Part shown: positions 38,627 through 47,559 of the stretch, piece after piece | Layout of the letters: each line of letters begins with the position of its first letter | Position numbering within the stretch: position 1 is the stretch's first letter | Assembly (NCBI GenBank): GCA_902526865.1 | Contig: CABZMK010000004.1 | Coordinates: forward strand, 7,371-71,370 | Length of the DNA stretch: 64,000 bases | Origin: an uncultured Alphaproteobacteria bacterium | GTDB taxonomy: Bacteria > Pseudomonadota > Alphaproteobacteria > Methylaequorales > Methylaequoraceae | Reading direction: 5' to 3' | Notes under the pieces: model-generated | The model's database searches: none | What the model was told of the DNA's origin: nothing | Seen by the model: the letters and a program-made list of their open reading frames with translations, nothing else | Made by a program: the position numbers and the translations under genes

Positions 38627-39544
38627 ATGGTGTTACCTAATTTTTTAATTGCAGGTGCTGCTGCCTCTGGAACAAGTTTTTTAAGTTCAATATTAATGCA
38701 GCATACAGATATATATCTACCGAAAGAAATGCGTCCAGAGCCTCATTTTTTCTATTACTCAGATAAATATGCTCACGGTGTTGAGTGGTATAAAAAAAAA
38801 TGGTTTTCTGATGTAAAAAAACAATCAGCTGTTGGTGAAAGATCCTCATCTTACCTCTATCACAAAGAAAGCGCAAAAAGAATTAGCCAAAACTTACCAA
38901 ATATTAGACTAATATTTGTTCTAAGAAATCCGATAGAAAGGACTTGGGCTAACTATAGATATACCGTTTTAAGTGGATTAGAGGATTTATCATTCACAGA
39001 CGCATTAGAAACAGAATCTCATAGAGTTAAAAATGCATCTGGAATATGGAAAGAAGTACAACCGCACGATTATACAGGAAGAGGCTTATATGGAGAACAA
39101 CTTGAATTTTATCTTAATTTCTTTTCATGGAGTCAAATATTAATTATTAATTCAGAGAAATTGTCGTCCGAAACTCAAATTCAGCTTGATCGTATTACTA
39201 ATTTTTTAGGTGTCAAAAATTTAGAACAGTTTGAATACCCACCTGCTTTTACATCCCTAAGTATTTTAAATAAAGATGTTCAAATAAAATGCAGAAAATT
39301 ATTAGGTGCCAACAAATTTAATTGTATTGTGGAGGCGGTTCGGCGAAAAGAATTCAATGTTGATGACTTCTCTGAAGACAATAAAGAAAAAAAAGTTATC
39401 AAAAGTCTTTCGAACAATATGGTAAATGAAAAGTACAAAATACCTGAAAAAAATTATGAATGGTTAGCAGATTTTTTTAGAAAAGATCAAGATAAATTTT
39501 TTAATATTTCCAAAAACTACATAGATTTTAAAAGATGGTTTTAG
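38627..39544 (+). CDS. Sulfotransferase-fold protein (candidate transferase using a 3'-phospho-nucleotide donor)
   Basis: 305-aa ORF. 5'-PSB-like loop AGAAASGTSFLSSIL and 3'-PB-like motif LRNPIERTWANYRY. The stop overlaps the start of the CysC-like kinase by 10 nt. Confidence 0.75.
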   Translation: MVLPNFLIAGAAASGTSFLSSILMQHTDIYLPKEMRPEPHFFYYSDKYAHGVEWYKKKWFSDVKKQSAVGERSSSYLYHKESAKRISQNLPNIRLIFVLRNPIERTWANYRYTVLSGLEDLSFTDALETESHRVKNASGIWKEVQPHDYTGRGLYGEQLEFYLNFFSWSQILIINSEKLSSETQIQLDRITNFLGVKNLEQFEYPPAFTSLSILNKDVQIKCRKLLGANKFNCIVEAVRRKEFNVDDFSEDNKEKKVIKSLSNNMVNEKYKIPEKNYEWLADFFRKDQDKFFNISKNYIDFKRWF

Positions 39545-40035
39545 TTTGGATTACAGGTTTGTCAGGTTCCGGGAAAACAACTTTAGCAAAGGCATTAAAA
39601 AAAAATATGTCAGGCGAAGGATATAATCCTATTTTGATGGATGGAGATGTATTGCGTGAAATTCTAGACTTTACCGAAAAAGGATACGCTCTTCAAGATA
39701 GAAAACAACTTGCTTTTTGCTATGCAAGGTTAGCTAATCTTTTTGTTAAACAAGGGTTTTTAGTAATAGTTGCAACAGTTTCAATGTTTGAGGATGTGAG
39801 AAAATGGAATCGAGAAAATAATCACAAATACTGCGAAGTTTATTTAAAGGTTGATAGGCAAACACGCGTATCAAGAGACCCTAAAAAACTATACGAATCA
39901 AATACTGATCTGGTTGAATTTGAAAATGGCTTTGATGAGCCGAGAAAACCAGACATAATTTTTGATCATTTTTACGATTTGGATCAAATGGTTAACAAGC
40001 TTAAAATATATTTAATGGAGAAATTTAATGCATAG
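39535..40035 (+). CDS. CysC-family P-loop kinase (APS kinase homologue; candidate cytidine diphosphoramidate kinase, Cj1415-like)
   Basis: 166-aa ORF. VWITGLSGSGKTTLAKAL P-loop and the size typical of the CysC family. The function is inferred from operon context. Confidence 0.8.
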   Translation: MVLVWITGLSGSGKTTLAKALKKNMSGEGYNPILMDGDVLREILDFTEKGYALQDRKQLAFCYARLANLFVKQGFLVIVATVSMFEDVRKWNRENNHKYCEVYLKVDRQTRVSRDPKKLYESNTDLVEFENGFDEPRKPDIIFDHFYDLDQMVNKLKIYLMEKFNA

Positions 40036-40819
40036 CACAGAAATAAAAACGGTTGAGCATGGTAATTTTTCAGGACTAGCAAAGGACTATTCAACGTACA
40101 GGCCCACATATTCTAAGTCAGTTCTTAAGTCGTTGATAGCACTACTAAAAAACTCTGTTCATGAGTGTGATTTTGCGGATATAGGTGCAGGAACCGGTAT
40201 TTGGACTAGGCTGGTCGAATCATATAATCCTAAGTCTATAATAGCAATAGAGCCAAATGAAGATATGCGGAGTATAGGAATACGTGATTCATCTAAAACA
40301 AAAATTAAATGGCAGAAGGGTTCTGGAGAAAAGACTGGCTTGGAAAGTAAATCAATGGATATGGTCTCAATGGCAAGCTCCTTCCATTGGGTTGATTTTG
40401 AAAAGGGATGCAAAGAATTTCATAGGGTTCTTAAAAAGAATGGGCGTTTTGTAGCTTTATGGAACCCAAGACAGTTGCAAGAAAACCCTTTTCTTGAAAA
40501 GTTAGAGGGATATATAAATCTTTTAAAACCTGGCTATAAACGTATATCTTCTGGTAATAGCGGGAGAGCTGAAAATTTAACTGAAAAATTTTTTAACAGT
40601 GGTTTGTTTACAGATGTTGTTTATATAGAGGGAAGGCATGTTGTGTCGATTTCTCCTGAAAAATATATCGGTGCTTGGCACTCGGTCAATGATGTACAAC
40701 ATCAACTTGGTCCAGATAAGTTTTTGGATTTCATTAATCATCTCAAACAAGAATTAAAAGGGATAGATACAGTGAATGTAACGTATCAAACACGAGCTTG
40801 GTCAGCATTAAAAAAATAG
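40028..40819 (+). CDS. Class I SAM-dependent methyltransferase (Cj1419/Cj1420-like position)
   Basis: 263-aa ORF. FADIGAGTGIWTRLV motif I and MVSMASSFHW. Overlaps the upstream gene by 8 nt. Confidence 0.8.
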   Translation: MHSTEIKTVEHGNFSGLAKDYSTYRPTYSKSVLKSLIALLKNSVHECDFADIGAGTGIWTRLVESYNPKSIIAIEPNEDMRSIGIRDSSKTKIKWQKGSGEKTGLESKSMDMVSMASSFHWVDFEKGCKEFHRVLKKNGRFVALWNPRQLQENPFLEKLEGYINLLKPGYKRISSGNSGRAENLTEKFFNSGLFTDVVYIEGRHVVSISPEKYIGAWHSVNDVQHQLGPDKFLDFINHLKQELKGIDTVNVTYQTRAWSALKK

Positions 40820-40828
40820 GAATATGGT

Positions 40829-43138
40829 ATGTCAAAAGCATCTATTTTAATAAAACTAAAAAAAAACATAAGAAAAGCTAAAATCTTAGATCTTTTCTCA
40901 TTTCAATGCCATGAATTTGTTAAAAACTCTGAAGATGTAATTAGAGAAGTTTCTCGGCATCTAGGTGCATCAAAACATTTTATTGTACGTAGCAGTTCAT
41001 CAAAAGAAGATCAAATAAATTCTTCTTCGGCAGGTAAATATAAATCCTTTTTGAACGTTAAAAAAGACAATCTAAAGGATGCTATCAAAAAAGTGATTGA
41101 ATCATATGGGAAAGAATGTAAGCCAGAAGATGAAGTTTTAATCCAACCTATGTTAAAAAATGTAAATATGAGTGGGGTTTTGTTTACACACTGTCCTAAA
41201 TCTGCAGCTCCCTATTACATTATTAATTATAATGATTCAGGTGATACAACTGCTGTCACTTCTGGTAAAGGAGATTGTAAAACGCAGTATATTTATCACA
41301 ATTTGAAAAAACATGATTCTCCAAAATTTCGAAAACTTATTTCTTTATCGAAAGAATTGACTGAAAAACTTAACAATCCTTCTCTTGATATTGAGTTTGC
41401 TTTTAATAATAATGAAGAATTGTTTTTACTACAGGTTAGACCAATTGTATATCAAAAACAGTTAGCTCGTGGGCTAAATTTAGATGATTCAATAAAAGGA
41501 ATTAAGAAAAAATTTCATTCTCTATCTTTAAAACATCCTTATTTGTACGGTGATAAAACAATTCTAGGAATTATGCCGGATTGGAATCCCGCAGAAATAA
41601 TTGGAGTTAAGCCAAAGCCTCTTGCATTGAGTCTTTATAAAGAACTAATCACCGACGGTATATGGGCCTATCAAAGAGATAATTATGGATATCGGAACTT
41701 AAGAAGTTTCCCACTTCTTATTGATTTGGGTGGTCTGCCTTACATAGACACGCGTGTGAGTTTTAACTCTTTTTTACCCAAAGGTCTTTCAGAAGAATTA
41801 GCAAAAAAACTTACTAACTATTATTTAGAGCAGTTAGAAAAGAAACCTCAATTACACGATAAAATTGAGTTCGATATTACTTTTTCTTGCTATACATTTG
41901 ATCTTAAAGAAAAGTTAAAAACACTCAAGAAGTATCTTTTTACAGACTCTGAAATCATTACAATTCATGAGGCATTAAAAAATTTAACTGATAATATAAT
42001 CCATGAAAGAAAAGGACTGTGGCTAAAAGATATTCAAAAAATTTCTGAATTAGAAAATCGTCACAAAACAATATTTTTTAATCCTGATTTTGATGATTTA
42101 ACTAAGATCTATTGGTTGATTGAGGATTGTAAAAGATATGGAACGCTTCCATTTGCTGGTCTCGCAAGAGCAGGCTTTATAGCCGTTCAACTTCTTGATT
42201 CAATAATGAAGATAGGAGTTATTTCCGAGGAAGATAAGCTTCTCTTTATGAATAGTCTTGATTCAATTAGTACAAATTTAGAAAAGGATTTTAAAACTCT
42301 AGATAAAGAGAATTTTATCGGAAAATATGGGCACTTGCGTCCTGGCACCTACAACATATTATCAAAACGATATGATGAAACCCCAGATATTTACTTTAAT
42401 TGGAGTGATTCTAAACTAAGCAACCCAATTAAAAAAAATAAATTCAAGTTAAGCTTACAACAGATGCAGATAATCGAAGAACTTCTCAAAAAACATAATT
42501 TAAGCTATGATGTCGTGGGCCTATTCTCTTTTATAAAGTCCGCTATTGAAGGTAGAGAATATTCTAAATTTACATTTACCAAGACCCTAAGTGATATTTT
42601 ATCACTGCTTAAAAAATATGGAGCAATAAATAATATCCCTGTTGAAGATCTTGCATTTTTAGATATTAAAGATCTAATAAAAAATTTCTCCTCTTCATCT
42701 AATACTTTAGAAGATTTAGAATTAAGTATTGAGCGAGGCAAGAAAAAATATGCCCTTTCTGAGAAAATTATCCTTCCTCCGATCATTGCAAACATTGATC
42801 AAATAGAAAATTTTGGACTATTTGAAGAGCACCCTAATTTTATAACGAAAAAAAAAATAACGTCCCATGTAATTAAATATATCCAAGGAGAAACTAATTT
42901 AAAAAATGCAATAGTTTTTATTGATAGTGCAGACCCAGGTTATGACTGGCTTTTTACTAGGGGCATAGCTGGATTTGTAACAGCATATGGAGGTGTTAAT
43001 TCCCATATGAGTATCAGGGCTGCAGAATTGGATTTTCCTGCAATTATTGGAGCTGGTGAAGTTTTGTATGACAAGTGGAGTAGGGCTAAGAGAATTCACA
43101 TTGATTGCGAAAATCAACATGTTGAGGTTATCGCTTGA
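40829..43138 (+). CDS. PEP-utilising/PPDK-like three-domain enzyme; candidate L-glutamine kinase (Cj1418-like)
   Basis: 769-aa ORF. N-terminal ATP-grasp-like region (FIVRSSSSKEDQINSSSAGKYKSF). C-terminal swivel domain GGVNSHMSIRAAELDFPAIIGAG, with the phospho-carrier His codon at 43004-43006. Confidence 0.7.
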   Translation: MSKASILIKLKKNIRKAKILDLFSFQCHEFVKNSEDVIREVSRHLGASKHFIVRSSSSKEDQINSSSAGKYKSFLNVKKDNLKDAIKKVIESYGKECKPEDEVLIQPMLKNVNMSGVLFTHCPKSAAPYYIINYNDSGDTTAVTSGKGDCKTQYIYHNLKKHDSPKFRKLISLSKELTEKLNNPSLDIEFAFNNNEELFLLQVRPIVYQKQLARGLNLDDSIKGIKKKFHSLSLKHPYLYGDKTILGIMPDWNPAEIIGVKPKPLALSLYKELITDGIWAYQRDNYGYRNLRSFPLLIDLGGLPYIDTRVSFNSFLPKGLSEELAKKLTNYYLEQLEKKPQLHDKIEFDITFSCYTFDLKEKLKTLKKYLFTDSEIITIHEALKNLTDNIIHERKGLWLKDIQKISELENRHKTIFFNPDFDDLTKIYWLIEDCKRYGTLPFAGLARAGFIAVQLLDSIMKIGVISEEDKLLFMNSLDSISTNLEKDFKTLDKENFIGKYGHLRPGTYNILSKRYDETPDIYFNWSDSKLSNPIKKNKFKLSLQQMQIIEELLKKHNLSYDVVGLFSFIKSAIEGREYSKFTFTKTLSDILSLLKKYGAINNIPVEDLAFLDIKDLIKNFSSSSNTLEDLELSIERGKKKYALSEKIILPPIIANIDQIENFGLFEEHPNFITKKKITSHVIKYIQGETNLKNAIVFIDSADPGYDWLFTRGIAGFVTAYGGVNSHMSIRAAELDFPAIIGAGEVLYDKWSRAKRIHIDCENQHVEVIA

Positions 43139-43734
43139 TGAAGTATGTTGGTCTTACAATGCGAATTGAAGATTTATCTAAAAATGATGAAAGAAGGGAT
43201 TGTATTGATCAACGTTGGTACAATTTTTTAAATGCATGTAATTTGCGGCCTATCTTAATTCCAAATTTAGAATATTTTGTATCAGAAAAATATTTAAATA
43301 AGTTATCAGGCATTATTTTAACTGGAGGTAATTCATTATCACATTTAGGAGGTAACGCTCCAGAGCGTGAAGTTGTTGAAAAAAAACTTATTAAGTATGC
43401 AATAGGAAAGAAACTACCTCTGATGGGAGTTTGTCGTGGAATGCAAGTTTTACAAAACTACTATAAAGTTCCTATCGAAAAGGTTGATGGTCATGTAGGA
43501 ACACGACACAACTTGCTTTTTAAGAACGAAAAGATAAATGTAAATAGTTTTCATAAGTACGGGACAAAGGGAACTACTGATTGCTTAGAAATTCTTGCTA
43601 ATTGTTCAGATGGGGTAGTGGAAGCAGTAAAACATAAAGAGCTCCCATTTATAGGTATTATGTGGCATCCAGAAAGGGAGAATTTATTTTCTAATTTTGA
43701 TATTCAATTAATTGGGGAACACTTTCTGTCATGA
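43138..43734 (+). CDS. Class I glutamine amidotransferase-fold / peptidase C26 hydrolase; candidate gamma-glutamyl-CDP-amidate hydrolase (Cj1417-like)
   Basis: ORF 43135-43734, ATG at 43138 (TGATG overlap). Nucleophile elbow GVCRGMQVL and WHPE His motif. Confidence 0.75.
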   Translation: MKYVGLTMRIEDLSKNDERRDCIDQRWYNFLNACNLRPILIPNLEYFVSEKYLNKLSGIILTGGNSLSHLGGNAPEREVVEKKLIKYAIGKKLPLMGVCRGMQVLQNYYKVPIEKVDGHVGTRHNLLFKNEKINVNSFHKYGTKGTTDCLEILANCSDGVVEAVKHKELPFIGIMWHPERENLFSNFDIQLIGEHFLS

Positions 43735-43955
43735 AAGAAAATTTGCAAAATATATTTAATCAAAGTGACTCAGATACCACTGTCTACTTTAAAGGTATTA
43801 AATTTACTTTGGAAGATGATGTCTCAACTCTTACTAAAGTAGATTGTGTATCATACGTCTTATTAACAAGCATATTAAAAAGAACTAAAAACATCTCCAT
43901 ACTATCAGAAAAGAATATTATGAACCTAGAGATTTTTTGGAAGGGTACCCCTTAA
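43731..43955 (+). CDS. Hypothetical 74-aa protein, translationally coupled on both sides
   Basis: ATGA overlap upstream and TAATG overlap downstream. No motif recognised. Confidence 0.35.
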   Translation: MKENLQNIFNQSDSDTTVYFKGIKFTLEDDVSTLTKVDCVSYVLLTSILKRTKNISILSEKNIMNLEIFWKGTP

Positions 43956-44647
43956 TGAGAGCAATTATTTTAGCTGCAGGTCGTGGTAGTCGAATGGGTA
44001 ACTTAACAGATGAAAAACCAAAGTGTCTTTTGGAAGTCTATGGAAAACCTCTTATCGAGCATCAAATTGAGGCTCTTACAACAGGGGGTATAGAAGAGAT
44101 TGCTATTGTTACTGGATACAAAAGTGAACTTTTGTATTGTTATGGGAACCATCATTTTCATAATGAAGAATGGGCCGAGACAAACATGGTTCACTCTTTA
44201 CTATGTGCTAAAGAATGGTTTAACATGGATGATTGTATTGTAAGCTATGCTGATATTTATTACACTTTTGAAGTTATCAAAGACTTGGTGAATTGCCCTG
44301 ATGATATCGCGATTTCTTATGACCCAAATTGGCTAGAATTATGGTCCAAAAGGTTTGAGAACCCTTTAGATGATGCAGAAACCTTTAAAATCAATGAAGG
44401 TGGATACTTGCTCGAAATTGGACAAAAACCAAAAACTATAAAAGAAATTCAAGGGCAATATATGGGTTTATTAAAGTTTAGTTCGTCATTTTTCTTAAAG
44501 GTCCAGAAAAGTAAATTTACAAGAAAAATAAGTATGACCGATTTTTTATCAACTATTATAAAAAATGGAACAACTATTAAGTGTATCAAAAATAATACCA
44601 TTTGGAATGAATTTGACAGCGCTTCAGACTTTCAGATAGGTGTATGA
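43955..44647 (+). CDS. Nucleotidyltransferase (LicC/MobA-like fold); candidate CTP:phosphoglutamine cytidylyltransferase (Cj1416-like)
   Basis: ORF 43937-44647. The likely ATG is at 43955, giving MRAIILAAGRGSRMG...KCLLEV, the canonical NTP-transferase N-terminus. Confidence 0.75.
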   Translation: MRAIILAAGRGSRMGNLTDEKPKCLLEVYGKPLIEHQIEALTTGGIEEIAIVTGYKSELLYCYGNHHFHNEEWAETNMVHSLLCAKEWFNMDDCIVSYADIYYTFEVIKDLVNCPDDIAISYDPNWLELWSKRFENPLDDAETFKINEGGYLLEIGQKPKTIKEIQGQYMGLLKFSSSFFLKVQKSKFTRKISMTDFLSTIIKNGTTIKCIKNNTIWNEFDSASDFQIGV

Positions 44648-45021
44648 ATATTCTTATATATTAGGGAAAACATTTAAAATGTTAGTAAATTTAATTAAAT
44701 CAACAATCTAAAAACTTAAGTGAAATCTTGAACTCATTTACTTTCGTACCAAGACAGAAAAAAATGAATTTAAATCTTTTAATGGACACTGTTTTTAATG
44801 TGTTATAAAAATGAAATTTATATACCTAACAGAATGAAGAATATTAAACTAGGGTCGAATGAGTATAGTTTTGTCAACCAAGTTTTTGAAATGGGATCAA
44901 TACTTACCTAAGTAATTTCAAGCAGTGCCGGCTCTACAATGAACAAAAAGTATTAATGCAGGGTGTGTTTTTGGATATAAGTTGTTGGTACTGAAAGCTT
45001 TTGGTAAAGTTCACTCAAGAT

Positions 45022-46164
45022 ATGATTAAAAATAAAAAAATTTGCTCTAGATGTATTTATGATGAGCATATTCCAAATATTTCTTTTTCAGATGATGGGA
45101 TTTGTAATTATTGTGATCAAATTGATTTTTTAAAAAAGGAATTTGGTACTGGTAAAAAAAAAGGACACAAACTATTAAAAAATTTAATCAATAAAATTAA
45201 AAAAGAAGGTCAATCAAAAAAATATGATTGTGTTATTGGTGTAAGTGGTGGGACAGATTCATCATATTTACTGATGAAAGCCAAGGAATGGGGGTTAAAG
45301 CCACTTGCAGTTCATTATGACAATACATGGAATACAGCAACGGCTAGTATGAATATAGCTAAAGTTACAAAGTATCTTGATATCGACTTATTTACTTATG
45401 TAATTGATAATAAAGAAGTAAATGATATGAAACTTTCTTTTTTACGTTCTGGTGTTCCAGAATTTGATGCTGATACTGACATAGCATTCGTTCAAATATT
45501 AAGACAGGTAGCTGCTAATAAAAAAATAAAATATATTTTAGAAGGACATTCTTTTATAACTGAAGGAATCTCACCTGTGGGAAGCAACTATTTTGACGGA
45601 GGCTACGTAGCTGATATTCATAAGAAATTTGGTAAGCTAAAAATGAAATCTTATCCAAATATGACCTTTTTTCAATTTATGAAATGGATACTTCTTTATA
45701 GACAAAAATTTATTCGTCCTTTGTGGTATATTGATTATTCTAAAGAAGAAGCACAAAAAATATTAATTGAAAAGACGGGGTGGCAATACTATGATGGTCA
45801 CCATTTAGAGAATAGAGCATCATGGTTCACACACACACTTTGGCTTCCTAGATATGGAACTGATTTTAGATATTTATCTTTAGCAGCAAAGGTAAGAAAT
45901 AATAAAATTAAACGTCTTACGGCTCTTAAAGAAATGAAAAAACCAATTATAGAGAGCACAATGTTAATTAATTATGTTAAAAAAAGATTGGATTTGAATC
46001 ATAACGAGTATAAAAGTATCATGAATGGGACAAAGAGGACTTGGAGAGGATTCAAGACATATAAAAAAAGATTCGAGATTCTCAAACCAATTTTTTATAT
46101 TCTTATGAAACTAAATCTAGTACCAGTAACTTTTTATCAAAAATATTGTAATAAAATAGACTAG
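45022..46164 (+). CDS. N-acetyl-sugar amidotransferase (PP-loop ATP pyrophosphatase, WbuX/PseA-like)
   Basis: ORF 45001-46164. The likely ATG is at 45022. N-terminal CSRC...CNYC zinc ribbon and the GVSGGTDSSYL PP-loop. Confidence 0.8.
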   Translation: MIKNKKICSRCIYDEHIPNISFSDDGICNYCDQIDFLKKEFGTGKKKGHKLLKNLINKIKKEGQSKKYDCVIGVSGGTDSSYLLMKAKEWGLKPLAVHYDNTWNTATASMNIAKVTKYLDIDLFTYVIDNKEVNDMKLSFLRSGVPEFDADTDIAFVQILRQVAANKKIKYILEGHSFITEGISPVGSNYFDGGYVADIHKKFGKLKMKSYPNMTFFQFMKWILLYRQKFIRPLWYIDYSKEEAQKILIEKTGWQYYDGHHLENRASWFTHTLWLPRYGTDFRYLSLAAKVRNNKIKRLTALKEMKKPIIESTMLINYVKKRLDLNHNEYKSIMNGTKRTWRGFKTYKKRFEILKPIFYILMKLNLVPVTFYQKYCNKID

Positions 46165-46165
46165 A

Positions 46166-46774
46166 ATGATTACTATTTTAAATTATGGTTTAGGAAATCT
46201 TGGATCGATACAAAATATGCTTCATTTTTTAGAAGTGGACTCTAAAATAGCGTCTGACATCCGGAATATTAAAAAAGCATCAAAAATTATTTTGCCTGGT
46301 GTGGGTGCTTTTGACACAGCAATAAAAAAATTAAACAGTGTAAAAGGTTTATTTGATATTTTAAATGAAAAGGCTTTGATCGAAAAAGTTCCTATTTTGG
46401 GTATATGTCTTGGCATGCAAATTTTAACTAAAGAAAGTGAAGAAGGTGTTTTAAAAGGTTTAAATTGGATACCAGCTAAAGTTCATAAGTTTCCGCATAA
46501 TAAAAAAATCAAAGTTCCTCATATGGGCTGGAACTCTGTAAACCAAATAAAAAAAAATAGTCTAGGTAAAAACTTAGATGAAAATAGTAAATTTTATTTT
46601 GTTCATTCTTATTATGTAAAAGCTGAAAATAGAGATAATGTAATATTTACCACTAACCACATTGTTAACTTTGATTCTGCCATACAATTTGAAAATATTT
46701 ATGGTGTTCAGTTTCATCCTGAAAAAAGTCATAAATTCGGTATAAATATTTTTAAAAATTTTTTGAAGATTTAA
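46166..46774 (+). CDS. Imidazole glycerol phosphate synthase HisH-like glutaminase subunit (glycan-cluster paralogue, WbuY-like)
   Basis: 202-aa ORF. LPGVGAF, GICLGMQIL catalytic Cys and FHPEKS. Confidence 0.85.
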   Translation: MITILNYGLGNLGSIQNMLHFLEVDSKIASDIRNIKKASKIILPGVGAFDTAIKKLNSVKGLFDILNEKALIEKVPILGICLGMQILTKESEEGVLKGLNWIPAKVHKFPHNKKIKVPHMGWNSVNQIKKNSLGKNLDENSKFYFVHSYYVKAENRDNVIFTTNHIVNFDSAIQFENIYGVQFHPEKSHKFGINIFKNFLKI

Positions 46775-46775
46775 T

Positions 46776-47522
46776 TTGTTACGACTTAGAGTAATACCGA
46801 TTTTATTATTAAAGGATGATCGTTTAGTAAAAACGGTCAACTTTAAAAAACCAAATTATATTGGAGATCCTTGTAATACAATTAGAATATTTAATGAACT
46901 ACAAGTTGATGAATTATTTTTGTTTGACATATTTGCTTCGAAAAATAAAAGCGATCCAAATTACAAAATTATCTCAAATATCGTTGATGAATGTTTTATG
47001 CCTTTAAGTTATGGCGGAGGAATAAATTCCTTAGACCAAGCAAAAAAAATCTTTGATTTTGGGGTCGAAAAAATATCCTTAAACTCAGCCATCTTAAATA
47101 ATCCAAAACTTATTTATGATTTGGCAAAAATTTATGGTAGTCAAGCTATTATCTGTTCCATTGATTATAAAAAAAACATATTTGGAGCTTATACTGTATG
47201 GACGAATAGAGGAACTATAGACACAAAAAAATGTCCAATTGAATGGGCAAAAGAATTAGAGAAAAGAGGAGCAGGAGAAATATGTTTGACTTCTATTGAT
47301 AGAGAAGGATCTTGGTTAGGTCCTGATTTGGAAATATCAAAAAAAGTATCAGACTTATTGTCAATTCCTCTAGTTACACACGGAGGTGTTGGTGAAATAA
47401 AACACATAAAAATACTTCAAAAAAATACAAATATTTCGGGCGTAGGCGTTGGAAGTATGTTTGTATATCAAAAAAAAGGTAATGGTGTTTTGATAAATTA
47501 TCCATTTGAAGAATTAGTGTAA
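46776..47522 (+). CDS. HisF-like cyclase subunit (glycan-cluster paralogue, WbuZ-like)
   Basis: 248-aa ORF (TTG start). RVIPILLLKDDRLVKTVNF, GGGI and GAGEI..TSIDREG motifs. Starts 1 nt after the hisH-like stop. Confidence 0.85.
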   Translation: MLRLRVIPILLLKDDRLVKTVNFKKPNYIGDPCNTIRIFNELQVDELFLFDIFASKNKSDPNYKIISNIVDECFMPLSYGGGINSLDQAKKIFDFGVEKISLNSAILNNPKLIYDLAKIYGSQAIICSIDYKKNIFGAYTVWTNRGTIDTKKCPIEWAKELEKRGAGEICLTSIDREGSWLGPDLEISKKVSDLLSIPLVTHGGVGEIKHIKILQKNTNISGVGVGSMFVYQKKGNGVLINYPFEELV

Positions 47523-47559
47523 GCATAGGAAGCTTTCAAAATGAAAAAAATCAAAATAG

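Noticed and set aside
38627-40035. The sulfotransferase + CysC pair might be an ordinary PAPS-dependent glycan sulfation module.
   Set aside because: This reading is downgraded, not fully excluded. None of the window's ORFs resembles an ATP sulfurylase. The kinase is translationally coupled into an operon whose other members match the Cj1416-Cj1418 phosphoramidate enzymes, where the CysC homologue acts on CDP-amidate.
46166-47522. The HisH/HisF pair might be the histidine-biosynthesis genes.
   Set aside because: No other his genes are adjacent. They abut a PP-loop N-acetyl-sugar amidotransferase inside a repeat-bounded flexible module, which fits the WbuY/WbuZ-type paralogues.
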